Shown one piece after another: positions 27,354 through 42,399 of a DNA stretch of 64,000 nucleotides. Under the pieces are notes generated by a model. That model had not been told where the DNA came from, searched no databases, and saw only the letters and a list, made by a program, of their open reading frames with translations. How positions within the stretch are numbered: the stretch's first letter is position 1; each line of letters begins with the position of its first letter. The position numbers and the translations under genes are program-made. Source of the DNA: the human T2T-CHM13v2.0 reference genome, Homo sapiens; NCBI RefSeq assembly GCF_009914755.1, contig NC_060942.1. One strand, 5' to 3'.

Positions 27354-30300
27354 TCAGAAGCTCTTACCCCTAACTCGATTGCCAACAGAATGTTTCATGT
27401 TTAGACGAGTAATCTTAGCCTGCAAAGAATTAGGAATAGCAGGGGAAAGGAGTGGAGGAGGGGAGAAGTATTTAAGAAAAAAATAAAGAGAAAAGAAATT
27501 TAAGTGTCCTCTAAGCACCCACAAGTCTGCTTCTTAAAGTGCTGATAATGAGCAGTGTGTGCTGAAAAGACCAATGGAACTAAATTCTGAACCAGTTCAT
27601 TTCGGCACATCCTGTTTATACGACTATTTAATGAGTCATTCAGCCAGGATGATTTTCTGTCTGAATATGTTAATTGCCATTTTTTTCATAGCTCTCTATT
27701 AAACAGTACAGATAAAATAGGCATGCTCATGTTTTTAAGCGCTATCAGCCTCTCACCCTCAAGAGAGTGGGCAACAGGAGTAAATAAGGGAAAACTTTCT
27801 CTTTTTTCAAAGTGTTTAATTCTTTTAACATATATTGGCATTTGGGACCCCACTTCAATTCAAAAGCATATGTTAGAGTTAGCATTAAAGTGAAAATGAA
27901 ATGAGGTGGTTCTCCCCCATATGCCACTGGCTTCATTATATCACAAAGAATGAGCTCAAATAACAGGGCAGCAATGTGAACCTTCTTGCTGATAAATTCT
28001 CCTACGTTTAGGTCAGTATGGATATTTGGGGAAAGACAAGTGATAAAGAAACAGAAAAATTCTGACTCACTCTGATATTCCTTTATAAATCAATGTATAA
28101 TGATGATGATTATTACTGAGAACCCTGGAAGATCTAGGAAATGGGTGAAAGGTCTAGTTAATGTTTAATGAGTGATTAAAAGAATTCATTTTTATATTTC
28201 ATTTATCCCTAGAGGATGCAGAATTTAGAAATGTAAATTCCAAAACAACATCAATGCAAAAAGTGAAGCAATAAACATCAGTGCAAAAAAGCCATATTTT
28301 CATGCACATTATCACTTAATAAATCAAGCCACTCTTAGTATTCATTTTAGCATTTATGCAGTTTCCAGTGCCTTAATTTTAAAGAATTTACATTAAACAA
28401 ATTACATATGATTATACTGCATTCGGAAGGGAAAAAAAAACCACAACCAACCTTAAGGCCATAACAATATATTTTATTTTTAACGGCTTTGTTTACAAAT
28501 ATTAAATGGTCAAATCAATAGTGTTCTCAATGGCTTTTTGACATCTCAAATTTTTCATAAATGAAAATAAAGCAACTGAAAAGATGAAACTCTAGTGGCA
28601 AAGGTTTATTGGTCTTTGTACCTCATTAAAAGGACTTTTATAAATCACGTTTGTTCTTTTGAGTAGCAACTAACACGGCTGAAAAGGACAGGTTGGGTTT
28701 TAAAAGAGACAGATATGACCTAAAGGGAACACATTTTACTGTAGTGAAATAAACTGAGGAAACAGTTAGCAGATTAAAAACCCCTTGAAAGGAAGCATCA
28801 TCTTTGGGAGAAAAAAAAAAAACCTTCGCTGAAGAAAACAGCTGGAAACAGGAAGCTTTTGGGCTTTCATCCTGCCTGCTTTGATTCCACCGCATCCCCA
28901 TATCATGAAAAGGCAAAGAGACTGATTTCAGCTGTGTCTTCTTTCAACAGAAGAGGGAAAAGGCTTTGTGGAGTGTGAGCAACCCCATCCAGAAGACCCC
29001 CGCCCACCCTAATCATACAAACACTAACAATGAAGTGGAGAAAGAGAAATGGTGATAGATAAGTAGCAACTCAGAAGTAACATTTTACAGGCTGTAACAA
29101 TGGAAGGAGAATATTTGTTCTAAATTAATTGTTTCTCTCAGCAATTCTCATATGAATTTGCAATCCCCTAAGTGAAAAACACTAACCAAGGTAGATATAC
29201 TAACTATGACAGGTTTTCTCTCTCTTTTATGCCTTTCTAACCTGGAATTTCCAGGAATGCATGACGATGAAAAGTTTCTATTTCTGATATCCACCACATT
29301 GTTGTGGTCATTTTTCTTCATTACAGAGAAAAGGAGTAGGTGTTACAACCCCTTATGGTCTGAAATCTAAAGTCACTGAATTCTGGTTTTCACTAAATTT
29401 AGATATCTAAAGTCACTCTATTTAGAGATCCAAAGACCAATAAACCTTTGCTCACTGCAGTTTCATATGAGAGGTCCTTTTGGTCATCTCATCTAGATTG
29501 TTCCTCACTGCTACCTTGAAAATATTTGTATTCTCATGACATTTAAAGGACAATGCAGCATAGTAAAGGAAAACTTGGATGAGAAGCTTACATCATCCTT
29601 GGTAACTACATAACAAAGCAGCTCAATAAACAAGATCATACAAATCTAATACACCCAAGTCACAATTTATTCTTCTGTTGCTATTTTGGGATGCCTTTTA
29701 AAGTGGGGATTACAAAGCTAGACAATATAGGGGCACATAAGTGTAAAACTCTGACTTTGAAACTGCAACCGATGTCAATATAAAATTACTATTTTATTGA
29801 GGTATCTCTCATGCTCTTCACAAAGGAGAACTGATTTTCACACAAGTTAAGGAAAGGAACTTATATTCAAGTTACATACAAGTTAAGGAATTAGCTAATT
29901 CATTTTTCTAAAACTATTCTTAATAGACAGGAAAATTTCACAGCATAAGAGGTTTCAAGCAGGATATGTAAAATGAATATTAACTTCATCTTAATCGACG
30001 ACTTAAAGTAGGTATCCTGAGATATTCAACCTTACAGTGGAATACTTTGATTCCATGGTAACACTTCAATTTCTAAAATATCTACAGTTGACACTTGGTA
30101 TGTGCCACCTCCTTACCAATGGATATGAATTACTTTTGATTTATCCTTATTCATTCTAAATGTCTCTTTTTGGAACTGCCTTAGTTACTAGTGCAACATT
30201 AGTATAACTTTGAGAATCCTCATGCAAGGTTATTTTAACAGGATACACCGCTAAAATAAAAGTGATCCTCACCAACAAAACAAAATAATTTAGTTATTTG

Positions 30301-30375
30301 TGTCAAACTTTGAAGGTCTATAGAAACAATGCAGTGGATATCAGAAATAAAAACATTCTATCATCATGCATTCCT

Positions 30376-30419
30376 GAAAATTCGAAGTTAGAAAGCCGAA
30401 AATTCGAAGTTAGAAAGCC
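30376..30419. repeat. Perfect 22-bp tandem duplication GAAAATTCGAAGTTAGAAAGCC x2
   Basis: Read directly: 30376-30397 and 30398-30419. Confidence 0.95.
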
Positions 30420-30451
30420 ATAAATTCAGTCTAGATTCTCCATATTTTGGG

Positions 30452-30487
30452 CATCATCAATTTCATCATCATCATCATCATCATCAC
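30452..30487. repeat. (CAT)n microsatellite
   Basis: catcatcaatttcatcatcatcatcatcatcatcac. Confidence 0.85.
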
Positions 30488-30499
30488 TAGCCATCTTCT

Positions 30500-30700
30500 A
30501 CACTTATGAACAGAATTTTCACATATTATTTCATTCATTCTCAAAAGCAACCTAAGAGGAAGGCCAAACAGGCATACTCCTCCTCATAGAATAGATGAAT
30601 AAACTGAGCCCAAGAGGGTAAACAGAGATTCTACTGACAGCATCCAGATCTCTGACAGAAGTCCTTGTGTTATCCACGAATAAGTACCTAACTCTGACTC
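30500..30700 (-). mobile_element. MIR SINE
   Basis: tttcacatattatttcattcattctca...agatgaataaactgagcccaagagggt. Confidence 0.6.
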
Positions 30701-30889
30701 ATAACTTCCAACAATACCTAGAAAAATAACCAGCTCAAGAACCGCAATTTTCAGGTCAAAGTACAGAATTTTTGTTATTCCTAACACATTCTTGGGGAAC
30801 TCCGTTTCTTTAGGCAATATGGCCCTGTAGACTTAACAACATACAGGAGGGAGCAGAGATTGGCACAGTCAACTTTTCTTTGAAATCTA

Positions 30890-31184
<295 letters not shown>

Positions 31185-32489
31185 GGAATCTATTCTAATT
31201 GCCCTAATGTACTCCTATCTCTGCTGCTCTCATATGTATTCGTTCTGCAACACTTACTGATCATCTATCAGGTAGCAAGGACATTGTCAACAATATAAGT
31301 CTGAATCCATAAATGCTGCTCCCATGAACTCTACAAAAAGATAAGAAACGTATACATGGGAGAAAAGAGAACTCACATCTGTTGAGCATCTATGAAGACT
31401 AAACCATTTCCCAGCTCCTTCCTTGAATGCTCACAACAGTTACATGAAGATGAAAACTGAAGAGTGCTAGTTACCAGTAACTTTTGTGGCACTAGGCTCT
31501 CCTATGAAAATTAGAAATCCTACTAATATTTGAGTAAAACTAGCTAAACATTTCAATCACTAAAGTTATCACATGCTAATAAGTATAGACACTGTAATTC
31601 TTCAATGCTTTAGAGAAAAATATGATTATACCATTAACAATTTAATCTTTTCCTAGTCATTTTAATCTGCCAAGGCTTTGATTTAGAAACAAAATAGAGG
31701 AGGCAAATCACTGTATTGCCGAACATTGGTATCAATACCAAAAATAAACTGAGGCACACATACAAAAACTGACAGAGCTATAACATTCTCGCTCATGCAT
31801 ATTCGCTGCCCCTCTCTGCATCTGCCCCATACACAGTGTGCCCACACTGCCTCTAATTTGTGTTGTCTGTTGGCAAAATGGACTGTAGTACCAACTTTAA
31901 AAACCAATCGAAGTATTAAAACAAAACAGACAACCTCTCCCATATTTGGCAGAAAAACCGTAATTCAAATGTTCCAACCCTCCCCCAAGAACAAGCAATT
32001 ATAAGGTGCAGAAAGGCAATGGCTTTAAAACAACATGCTAATCCTAATATTAGTACCTTGAAAAAAGGAAAACTGCCAAGATGCTGGAATAGTGCCCAGT
32101 TATCCGTCTTACCTACAGCAATAAAACTGTCCTATAAATGTGAACAAGACAGTTAGGATACATTTTGGGGTTAGGTTATTGGCATTTTTTTCCACCTCAC
32201 CATTCCCTAGGAGAATAAGCCTGACCTATGGAAGCAAAACACAGCAGATGGTAACTCAGCCCAGTACCAAGAGTACTTAGTCAATCCAAATAATTCACAC
32301 AAAACTGAAGCAAGATGTTCAATGATTTATGGCGCTAATTTCACAAGAAAATTATGGAATCCTTCTCTTCAATAGAGCCACCTTTTTATTGTCATATGCT
32401 GGATAGCTAACTAAAGTGTCTAAAAAGCAATATATTATTATATTACTATCAACAATACATAATAATGACATAATCATTAATAACATAAT

Positions 32490-32612
32490 AATTATTATAG
32501 CTAACACTTATGCTGGGTACTCATGTAAGTAATTTACAAGAAATAACTTATTTAGTCCTCAGTATGATTCTATGAAATAACTACCGCCACTGTACAGATA
32601 AGAAAACTGAGA
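32490..32612 (-). mobile_element. MIR SINE (target of the AluYa5 insertion)
   Basis: atagctaacacttat...tatttagtcctca...tacagataagaaaactgag. Confidence 0.6.
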
Positions 32613-32626
32613 AAAAATAGCAACCG

Positions 32627-32999
<373 letters not shown>

Positions 33000-33742
33000 C
33001 TAACTAATCCAACAGTATAGGAGTGGGTTTAATCTAAAGATTACTGCAAAAATGAAAAATAAAATGTATTTGCAGGAAATAACACTAGACCTGGATTCAG
33101 CTGACCTGACTTGTTCACTGTGAAACCTCAACAGAGACACCTCTTTGAGAAATGGTTTCTTCATCTCTGAAATGGAGTGAATTCAAAGCTGGAAAGCTTG
33201 TGCTTCCAGTTTTAAAGATCAGATTCTAAGGATAAAGCCTAAATCTGAGTTTTGCTTAAAGACCAGAACACTTTTTATCATTGTTCTAGATCAAGAAATA
33301 CTGATGACCTGCAGTGGAAATCAAACAGCAGCAGTTTCTCTCTGGTTCAATGATCCTCATCCCACGTGATTCTATCATAAAACTGTACTTCCTCTCTTTG
33401 CAGAGAGGATTAGGCTACTTACTAATAAGTGTAACTCCAATAAACCTAGGAGGACCTGAGGCTGCTACTTCCCAGTTCCCAAGTCAAGTCAGGCTTTTGA
33501 TAATATATTTTATTTATACACACACATATATTCAGATGGAATCATCCAATCAGCTTCCTGATTCTAAAACTGCATTTTCTTTCTACAAAATGAACCCAAA
33601 TGTCCAAAGGAAAACCATCAGCTAGGATAATACACACACATTAAAATGTCCACATGCAACACACACACACACACATATACATACCCCACACACAAAAATA
33701 TTTCCACAAGCAAGCATGCATTCATTTATTTAAACATAATCA

Positions 33743-34673
<931 letters not shown>

Positions 34674-35579
34674 TATTCTAATTATCTTTTTTGCCTACCT
34701 AGGGGTTCCATATTTTGATGCAGTTTAGTTGGATATCAGGCAACTACACATGGGTAGACAAAGAAATGAACACCTTTGCACCTGAACAGCAACAGCTAAG
34801 GGGACACACACAGAGGGAACCACTGAATTCTAACCTTGGCTGAAACTTAATTGGGTGTGGATTGGGGAGAAGATTTCTGGGTGTATTGTGTGTGCTGGGA
34901 GTAATCTATCAAGTATTGATTGGGTTCAAGTGTTGGTGCTGAGGAGTTACCCTCAGCTTCTCCATTCCCCTAAAAATTCTCTAGGCTGAAATAGCCTTTC
35001 TAGGCATTCACTCAAGTAAGGTGGAGAAACTGACCCATGTAACCGGGAAATGACTACAACCAGGAGGAGACACTGAGGCTAATGTGTTGCCTATAAAGTC
35101 TCATCCTCAAGTTGATGCTATCCAAGAACAAATAACAGAACCAGTGCGGGACAGGGAGGCTTCCTGACCAGAGGACCAGCAGCAGTGGAAAAAGGCAGCC
35201 GGGGAAATGTACCCCCAACACACACAATATACCCCAAAACTTTCTCCCACCCCCCACCAACAAAATGCCTCTGGCAAATAACACCTTATTATTTGATATG
35301 TGCAACTGCAAACTCATTTAAAGTAAAACTAGAAGCACCTTTAGAAAACTTTGCTGCTTTAAATTGATCTATAACCTACTCCAGGTCTACCCGCCCTTTC
35401 TTTTAACCAGGCTGCCATTCCTAAATTTTCCTCCGTTATAGCAATTCTACCACCACCACTTCTGAAAATGGGTTTTGAATGTTAATATTTTGTTGGATTT
35501 TCAAATGTAATGATTATTTCTAACAAGAACTGAGAAACTGCTCCATTATATTTCTCCTCTCTAAATTTGATCATGCTAA

Positions 35580-35790
35580 TAGCTTAAAAATACTCACTGA
35601 GCAGTTACTATGGGCTGAACACTGTTCTCAATGTTAGATGCATTCACTCATTTAATTCTCATAGCCCAATGAAGCAGGGACTTGTATTATCCTCATTTTA
35701 CAGAGAAATTAAATAACTGTGTTGCCCCAGGTTACAGGTAGTAAGTGGTCGAGCTGAGATTTAGAGCCAGAATCCATGCTTTCCAGCCCA
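35580..35790 (-). mobile_element. MIR SINE
   Basis: tattatcctcattttacagag...ccaggttacaggtagtaagtggtcgagctgagattt. Confidence 0.75.
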
Positions 35791-36420
35791 CCCTTCCCAG
35801 CTCACACTTGCTCTTTAATTATAAAATACCAGAAATCAGCACAGTAAACATTGTTGCTGTGCACCTCCTTTTATTCCTAGGAACACTTAATAACAAACTG
35901 CAAATAACAAAACCGCAATACACGCTAAATGCTACAAGGTTTCATTTCACCATCCCTGCAAGAAATTTGCTTACTTTTAGAAATTATGTGCTGACTTTAA
36001 AAAATCCAAACAAAATGTAAATCGTATTTTTATTAACTGTTAAACAGATTATCTGAAACATTAGAGTAAATCTCCTCTCAAAAATCATAGCAAGACTCCT
36101 GTATGTTATTAAATCTCTTTACATTTTAAACAGGAAAAATACTCCATTTCTGAGTCTAAGTTCCTAGCCCTTCAATAATCCACACTAAAAATCAGATTAA
36201 TTGGAATTTAAATATATCTGTGTGTGTCTTATTTCTGTAAGTCCTTAAGGAACATTATTGTCCACTGTTATCCCCAAGTCTTGCGGACTTCGTAAAGGAG
36301 TACTAGACACAGGGCAGGTTTTTAAACCATTATATAAAAAAAAACTTTGATATAATCTAAGTTATTCTCTTCTCTGGTAAAACTGTAGCTACCTAAAAGC
36401 AAGTAGGTACAGCAACATAA

Positions 36421-36480
36421 AACACTCACACAGACAGACACACACACACACACACAAACACTCAAACACCACCACCACAT
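36421..36480. repeat. Imperfect (CA)n microsatellite
   Basis: cacacagacagacacacacacacacacacaaacac. Confidence 0.85.
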
Positions 36481-37679
36481 ACTCAGTTAAGATGCTGGTA
36501 GTATCGCTACTTGTTTTTTCAGCTTTAATTCACTGTGTTGAAAACTACTCAGAAAATATTTGATGTCTCTCTTGACAGTACAGCATGTAGAGGCAGCCCC
36601 CAGAATTATAAACCAAATTGCGTTTAAAAAAGAATGGACTGTTGAAAGAATGATCCCCACTAAAAATACAGTTTAAAGGCAACTAAGGTCATCAAGAGTA
36701 AAATGGCTAGTGGCTTAATGTGACATCCAAAATGATTCCCCCAAATCTCATCCCCTTTATACTAAAACAATAGAGGGTTGCCTCTAATAAGTTAATATCA
36801 TTCCTCAAAATCTTTATTGAGAAGCACCTTTAGACCCTCAAATCTGCCTCCCAGAGGAATTCCATCAATCCAGACATTACTGAAGTTCTGAGCCAAAAAT
36901 AAAGGGAAAGGGGCGGGGGGAAATCACAGGAAGTTAAACTGTTAGGACTGCAGCCAGGGAAATTCCTTTGATAATCAAGCCCTACCTTCACCCTGAAGCG
37001 TGGCTTTCAAGAGTTGAAATAATAACTTTCTTTGGAATTCTTCATCCATGAAAATGCCTGGGAAAATGATCTAAAGCAATAATCCTAAGAAATAACCAAG
37101 AGAAATGAAAGCAAAACCAAAGATTTTTAACACTGGTCTTCCATTTTCTGACACTGCTTTTCATGTTTGTCTCCTTCAAGTTTCTACTAAACCAAGGCCA
37201 AGTCTCCCCCTGATGTTCTATGCAGCACCACTTACTGAGTAAGACTGACAGTAACCACATTTTCTGACTCAAGGTTAAAGGTGCACATTCATAAAGTAAA
37301 ACTCCAGATATAGCGCTCAGTCTGCCCCTTAGACTGACTGAGTCACAGCAGAGGATCCAGAATGGTTTCCATTCCTCTATTTCTCCGTCTAAAGAGTCAT
37401 GACATTTTCAGGCATTTTGGTAGAGATAGCAAAAAAAAGTTAGAGCTTAAAAAAGCAGAAATGTTTATAATATTCCACATTACTTTCTCATTTATATGTG
37501 TCCAACCTGACAGAAATTTGAAACCAAAATCCTGAACCATGCATTTCAACCTAGAAGCCTTTGTAAAAACCCCAGTCAAATATGTCCAGCAATTCAAACT
37601 TCTAAGGATACAGAAGTCGATAGATCAAACATTTTAATCAAGAGTAAGCTTTTAAAATACAAGTTACATAAATATTTAC

Positions 37680-37698
37680 CTCTGCTGTCCTCTTCCAT
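37680..37698 (-). CDS. TCF4: Coding part of a TCF4 alternative first exon: ATG GAA GAG GAC AGC AGA G = MEEDSR(D), TCF4-F-type N-terminus
   Basis: Seen: minus strand ATGGAAGAGGACAGCAGAG|gtaaat, donor at 37679, phase 1. Recalled: the isoform N-terminus MEEDSRDVEDR, and a downstream exon starting ATGTAGAAGAC, which gives G+AT = Asp. Confidence 0.85.
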
Positions 37699-38400
37699 AT
37701 GAATAGGAAGTAATAAATTCCCCCAATATATCTGGTGATTAAAATTCTAAAATACTACTTCGTAAACTTTTAAAGTTTGTGAACTGAGACCTCCACTTTA
37801 AAAGGCCTTTCTTTTAAGGGGCCTTCCTTGTTACTCTCCTGTGCTCCATGGAAACAGAACATGAGTTAATGATGACCGTAGATTTTAATTTATTTGTATA
37901 TATCAGTCAGTAGAAGGGGAAATGATACTGGCTGTGTGTTTATGAGCTACATTAGAAATTTGAACAATAGCAGACCTTTTCTGAAACAAAAATAAAATAT
38001 GAATCAACAAGATCTCTGCCAAACAGAGGTCTCAGGACAGCCTTGTTCAGTCTTCTGGGAATCCCACTGCAATAAGCACAATAAAAGCAGGACGTGCCTC
38101 ATTTCCTTCAACCGTTCAACATGCCTCTCTTGGAGATGTTTGTAAATTTCCTTCCTTTACGCATCAAGCTGGCAAACTGTCGTCATTTCTTTGGGGTAAT
38201 AATATCCTGTTGATGTCTGAGTAGGTCTGTTTTGATTGTTTCTTCCACATAACACATATACTTTTAATATCATTTTCAACACACAATACACGGAATTATT
38301 TTTCAACATACTCGAACACAGTTCAGCAAAGTATAACCGGAAGCAATGAAGGGCAGAATATGTTAATAAAATCCTAGTTTTATTTTTGGATTTGCAACTT
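37699..38400 (-). promoter_or_regulatory. TCF4: 5' UTR and internal promoter region of the TCF4 alternative first exon (TSS approximately 37870)
   Basis: Lies directly upstream of the MEEDSR ATG, in a block without recognisable repeats (about 36.5-39.1 kb). The TSS position is approximate and recalled, not derived from the sequence. Confidence 0.55.
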
Positions 38401-39199
38401 AGATGTAGGTAATAGAGTAATTCCAAAAGTTTAAAAAAAAAAAAAAAAAAAAAGCATTCTCTGCTGTTTAGGAAGCTGAAAATACTTACCTCTACTATTT
38501 TAATAAGGTATATGTTTTCATTCAGTTCCTATACTGGAGTATGGGGAATTTCACATAGCAAAAGTACCAAATCAGCATTAAAACACTGACTTGCAAAAAT
38601 GGCAACTTTTATTTTACTGGATATACAAATTGTACCAAGTACTTTAACAACAGAGTTCTAAATTCATTCTGGAAGTAAATTATGCTTCAAATCCAGTCAA
38701 ATACCCTGAGTGATTACAAATTTTTATCTAAATAAATATTTTTTTCAAAACTTAAAATGTATTTGGACCTGACAGTATATTTCTTGGACAAAGAAGTTTT
38801 ACCTAAACTAAATTATTCCTGATTGAATTGCATTTCTCAATAAAGTTACATGACATAAAGGGAGAAAATTATACACAGTGACAATTTTTTAAAATAATAC
38901 TCAAAAAGTAAAATAAGACCAACTCTCAACTAATGTAACTTGCACTTAGGCAGACATTCTGGTCCAAAGACAGCAAAAACTGATTTGTGAAATACTAAAA
39001 ATAATTAATCATTGCTGCAAAGCACTAGATTTGGAGCTAAACTAAATGGCATGTACCATTCACTACAATTCCAGATAACACCTTATTTTACACATGTAAT
39101 AAGAATCATGAACATGAAAAACGTTCAGTGTCATTAATCCAGAAAATGCCAATTTCTAAAAGAACACAACCAGATACTATGTCGACTACCACGTTAATA

Positions 39200-39910
39200 A
39201 GATAAAAATAATACAAATTGGCACAGCCTTCCTAGATAGCAACTTGGCAAGATACATAAAGAGCCTTTCACCTAATAATTCCCTAGGAAACTATCCTAAT
39301 AACATCCTTGCAAATGCAGACAAGTGTTTATGTGCAAGGAGTTTAAGATGTGGTCAACAGTTGCAAACTCTTAAAATAAATTATGGAAGATCCATGTGAT
39401 GGAATATTACGCTGCCTTTAAAAATCACACTTTCAAAACATTCAAGGACATTGGAAAATATTCATGGTAAAATATGAAGTTTAAAAGCAATAAACAAATT
39501 TCATGTTATGTTTTTAAAAACCAATGGAAGATAGAATCTACACAGTAATCAAAATATTAACATTGGCTATCTCCACAATGAGGATACGTTACATTTTAAT
39601 AAAAAATAAAATAAAGGGGTAGGTGTGTGTGTCTATGCATATATGTGTGTATGTGCATATATAGCTGTATATATATGTGTATGGTGTCTATAGACAGATA
39701 TTTAATTATAGTTTCAAATTTCAAGGATCTCATAGTCTATTATTAAGAATTTATCAAAATCGAGTGGGAGTGGTATATATAGATGAGCCAAGAAGGCAGA
39801 ATGCTGGTAAATATTGAAACTGTATGATGGTGACACAGAAGATTATTCTACTACTGTGTATACATTGCATGTGTTTAAAAATTTTTCAAAATAAAAAGTT
39901 AAAAAAATAA
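39200..39910 (+). mobile_element. Old L1 (L1M) 3' fragments with an internal TG/TA repeat
   Basis: aaattggcacagccttcctag...gcaacttggcaa; aaattatgg...atccatgtgatggaatattac; ends tcaaaataaaaagttaaaaaaa. Confidence 0.65.
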
Positions 39911-41484
39911 TTAAAAGGCAAGAAAAAATACAGTAGCATCATAAGATCAACCTTGAAAGAAATACTGGTACTTCTGAATGAATAGCTAGTAAGATTTCAA
40001 TAGGCAAAGTAAGTGCTTAAGGGTAGCAGGCAGGATACTGAGCAAATAACACTGAAGAAAGGCAATGACCTTCAGGATCAGGCCAGTGAATAACTGGTAA
40101 CAAACTCATGGTATCTTACTGCTCCTTCTAGTATTAGATGAAATCCCCTGATAGAAGATAAAGGGGCACCATCTTTTGGATTTCTGTCAGGGTGTAATTC
40201 TCCTAATAAGTGGGCATTTCACCTATGCAAATCTTCACCTGGCATGAAGACGATAAAACAGCGTCACTGACTAGTGCTGACTTCAGGTCCCACCCTTGGT
40301 CACTGAAGGAAAACTATTCCTTTTACTGGACAGTGATTTCTGCATAATTCCCATGGGTTCTTTATTCTCACTGGACAAAACCTCTCTGAGATCTAGGCAT
40401 GATGAAGAGTGGAAAACAAAGAGCTCATTTTTAAAACCCTCTACTCATGTCTTATCATTCCTAGCCCTCAGCTTTTTTTTTTTTTTTACATCAATAGCCC
40501 ATCTCCATATAAATGTCTAATTTTGCAACACTTTAGGTGCCACAATGACTGTGTGAATGAGTCAGAATATGCATTACCAAATAGTGAAAGAGTGTAGTTT
40601 TCCTAACCAATATCTATTTTTGAAAAAAAAATTTTAAAAGCACATTGCTTCTTATAATTTTTCCATAAATATCTAACTACTCTCAAAGCTACCATTTAGA
40701 CTACAAATGCATCCTTCAGTTTGTTAAAGAAAATTTCCATCACTTGCAACTATAAATTTGGAAAACGCAATAACCTTTAATGGCATACAGGATATGATTT
40801 TGCTTTCTCATATTTAAAAAAAAGCTGCTTATTCCTGAAGTAATTTTTCAGAACATATATAATTTGTTTTATAATTTTAAAGCTGATCCCCAATGTTTGA
40901 TAATTCTCTATCTCTTCTTTCTCTGTGTTACAATCCCAAAATCTTTTAGTTCTCTTTGAAAATACATATGCATTAAAGTTTGAGGCCAGACAGCCAGCAT
41001 ATACTGGTAGTCTCTGTTAAGGCTAATTGAGTTATCATAAACATGCAAATCCCTTTGTATAGAGAAGCCTGGCTTTTCTTTGCCATCTAAGATGAAACTA
41101 TAATCTATAAAGATAAGCAAAATCTATGTTCTTGATTTGCTTTGCATGTAAATTCTTTCACATAGATAAGCTCTTGACATGTATTCCTCTTCTGAAAGAT
41201 CAAAGATCATTCTTCAAAAGCCAGGTTTCTCTCCTATCTTCCATCTCTTCTCAGATTTCTACTGTATCTTTTCCCCATGGCTAATGTTCTCTGAAGAGAA
41301 CCAAATTAATGAACACTGACATTCTTCATACCTATTTTAATGGCATCCTGTGGTGACAATGCAATAACAGGACTATTGTGGCATCGAGCAACATGGTCTC
41401 CAAGTTTACTTCCTGACAGTGACTCAATCACTGAGCATGTGTTTGAAATATTATGCATTCATGCATGCACATGCACATCCATGA

Positions 41485-41506
41485 GCATACACACACATCT
41501 ATCCAT

Positions 41507-41548
<42 letters not shown>
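41485..41548. repeat. (CA)n microsatellite
   Basis: Long pure CA run at about 41508-41547. Confidence 0.92.
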
Positions 41549-42399
41549 CAATCATACCTACCACCATGCTGGTCAGTACCCACAGCCAAGGAAAAGTAAA
41601 GGCCTAAAAACTAATCTAGAAGATGTAAACGTGGTAACAGTTAATTCAAATAAATCATTAAATATAAAAATTTAAAGAAATACACAGCTGCTGATTATCT
41701 CAATTCTTAAACTTTGTTCTTACAGGTTCATCACAATTAAAGCCTCTTCCAAGGTGAACTCTGCTCAGGGCAGCCGCAGCATTTGATTTTTTTTGGACAG
41801 AAGCTTTTGGTAAGTAAAAAGCAACCAATAAACTGAGGAAAAACATATGATTTAATAAAAGGAGCACACGTAAAAATATATGGATGCACAAAGCAATTGA
41901 TGTATATTATTTACTCTTTTTTTACAATATTTATAGAATAGTACAATTTTTATATAATGCATACATCATCTGATTATGAATAATACATGTGTAATATATG
42001 GTTTATTACTATTAAAATTATTACCATATAATGGTAATTGAATTTGTGCCAGGCATAATGCTAAGCAATTAATAAACATGCTCATTTGATCCTGCCCCAC
42101 TCTATAAAGACCTATAATATTACTTTCTTAAGGATGAAAATAACTTCAGCAAGATTAGGAAATTTGCCTAATTTCAGAGGAAAACACATAAACGTAAAGC
42201 CATAAGACAGTTACCTGTTCTTGTTCAGCCCTGTATCCCAACACTTAATGTAAAGATGGAGAAACAAAGTTAAAAGACCTAAGAAAGTCAGGCAAGTAGA
42301 TGAGAGAGAAAAAAGTCAGAGAATCCAAGGTAGGAAAACAACCCAGAGTATAAAACTCACGGAAAAAAATGGCCTCACCAAGTTAAGTATGGTCACACT

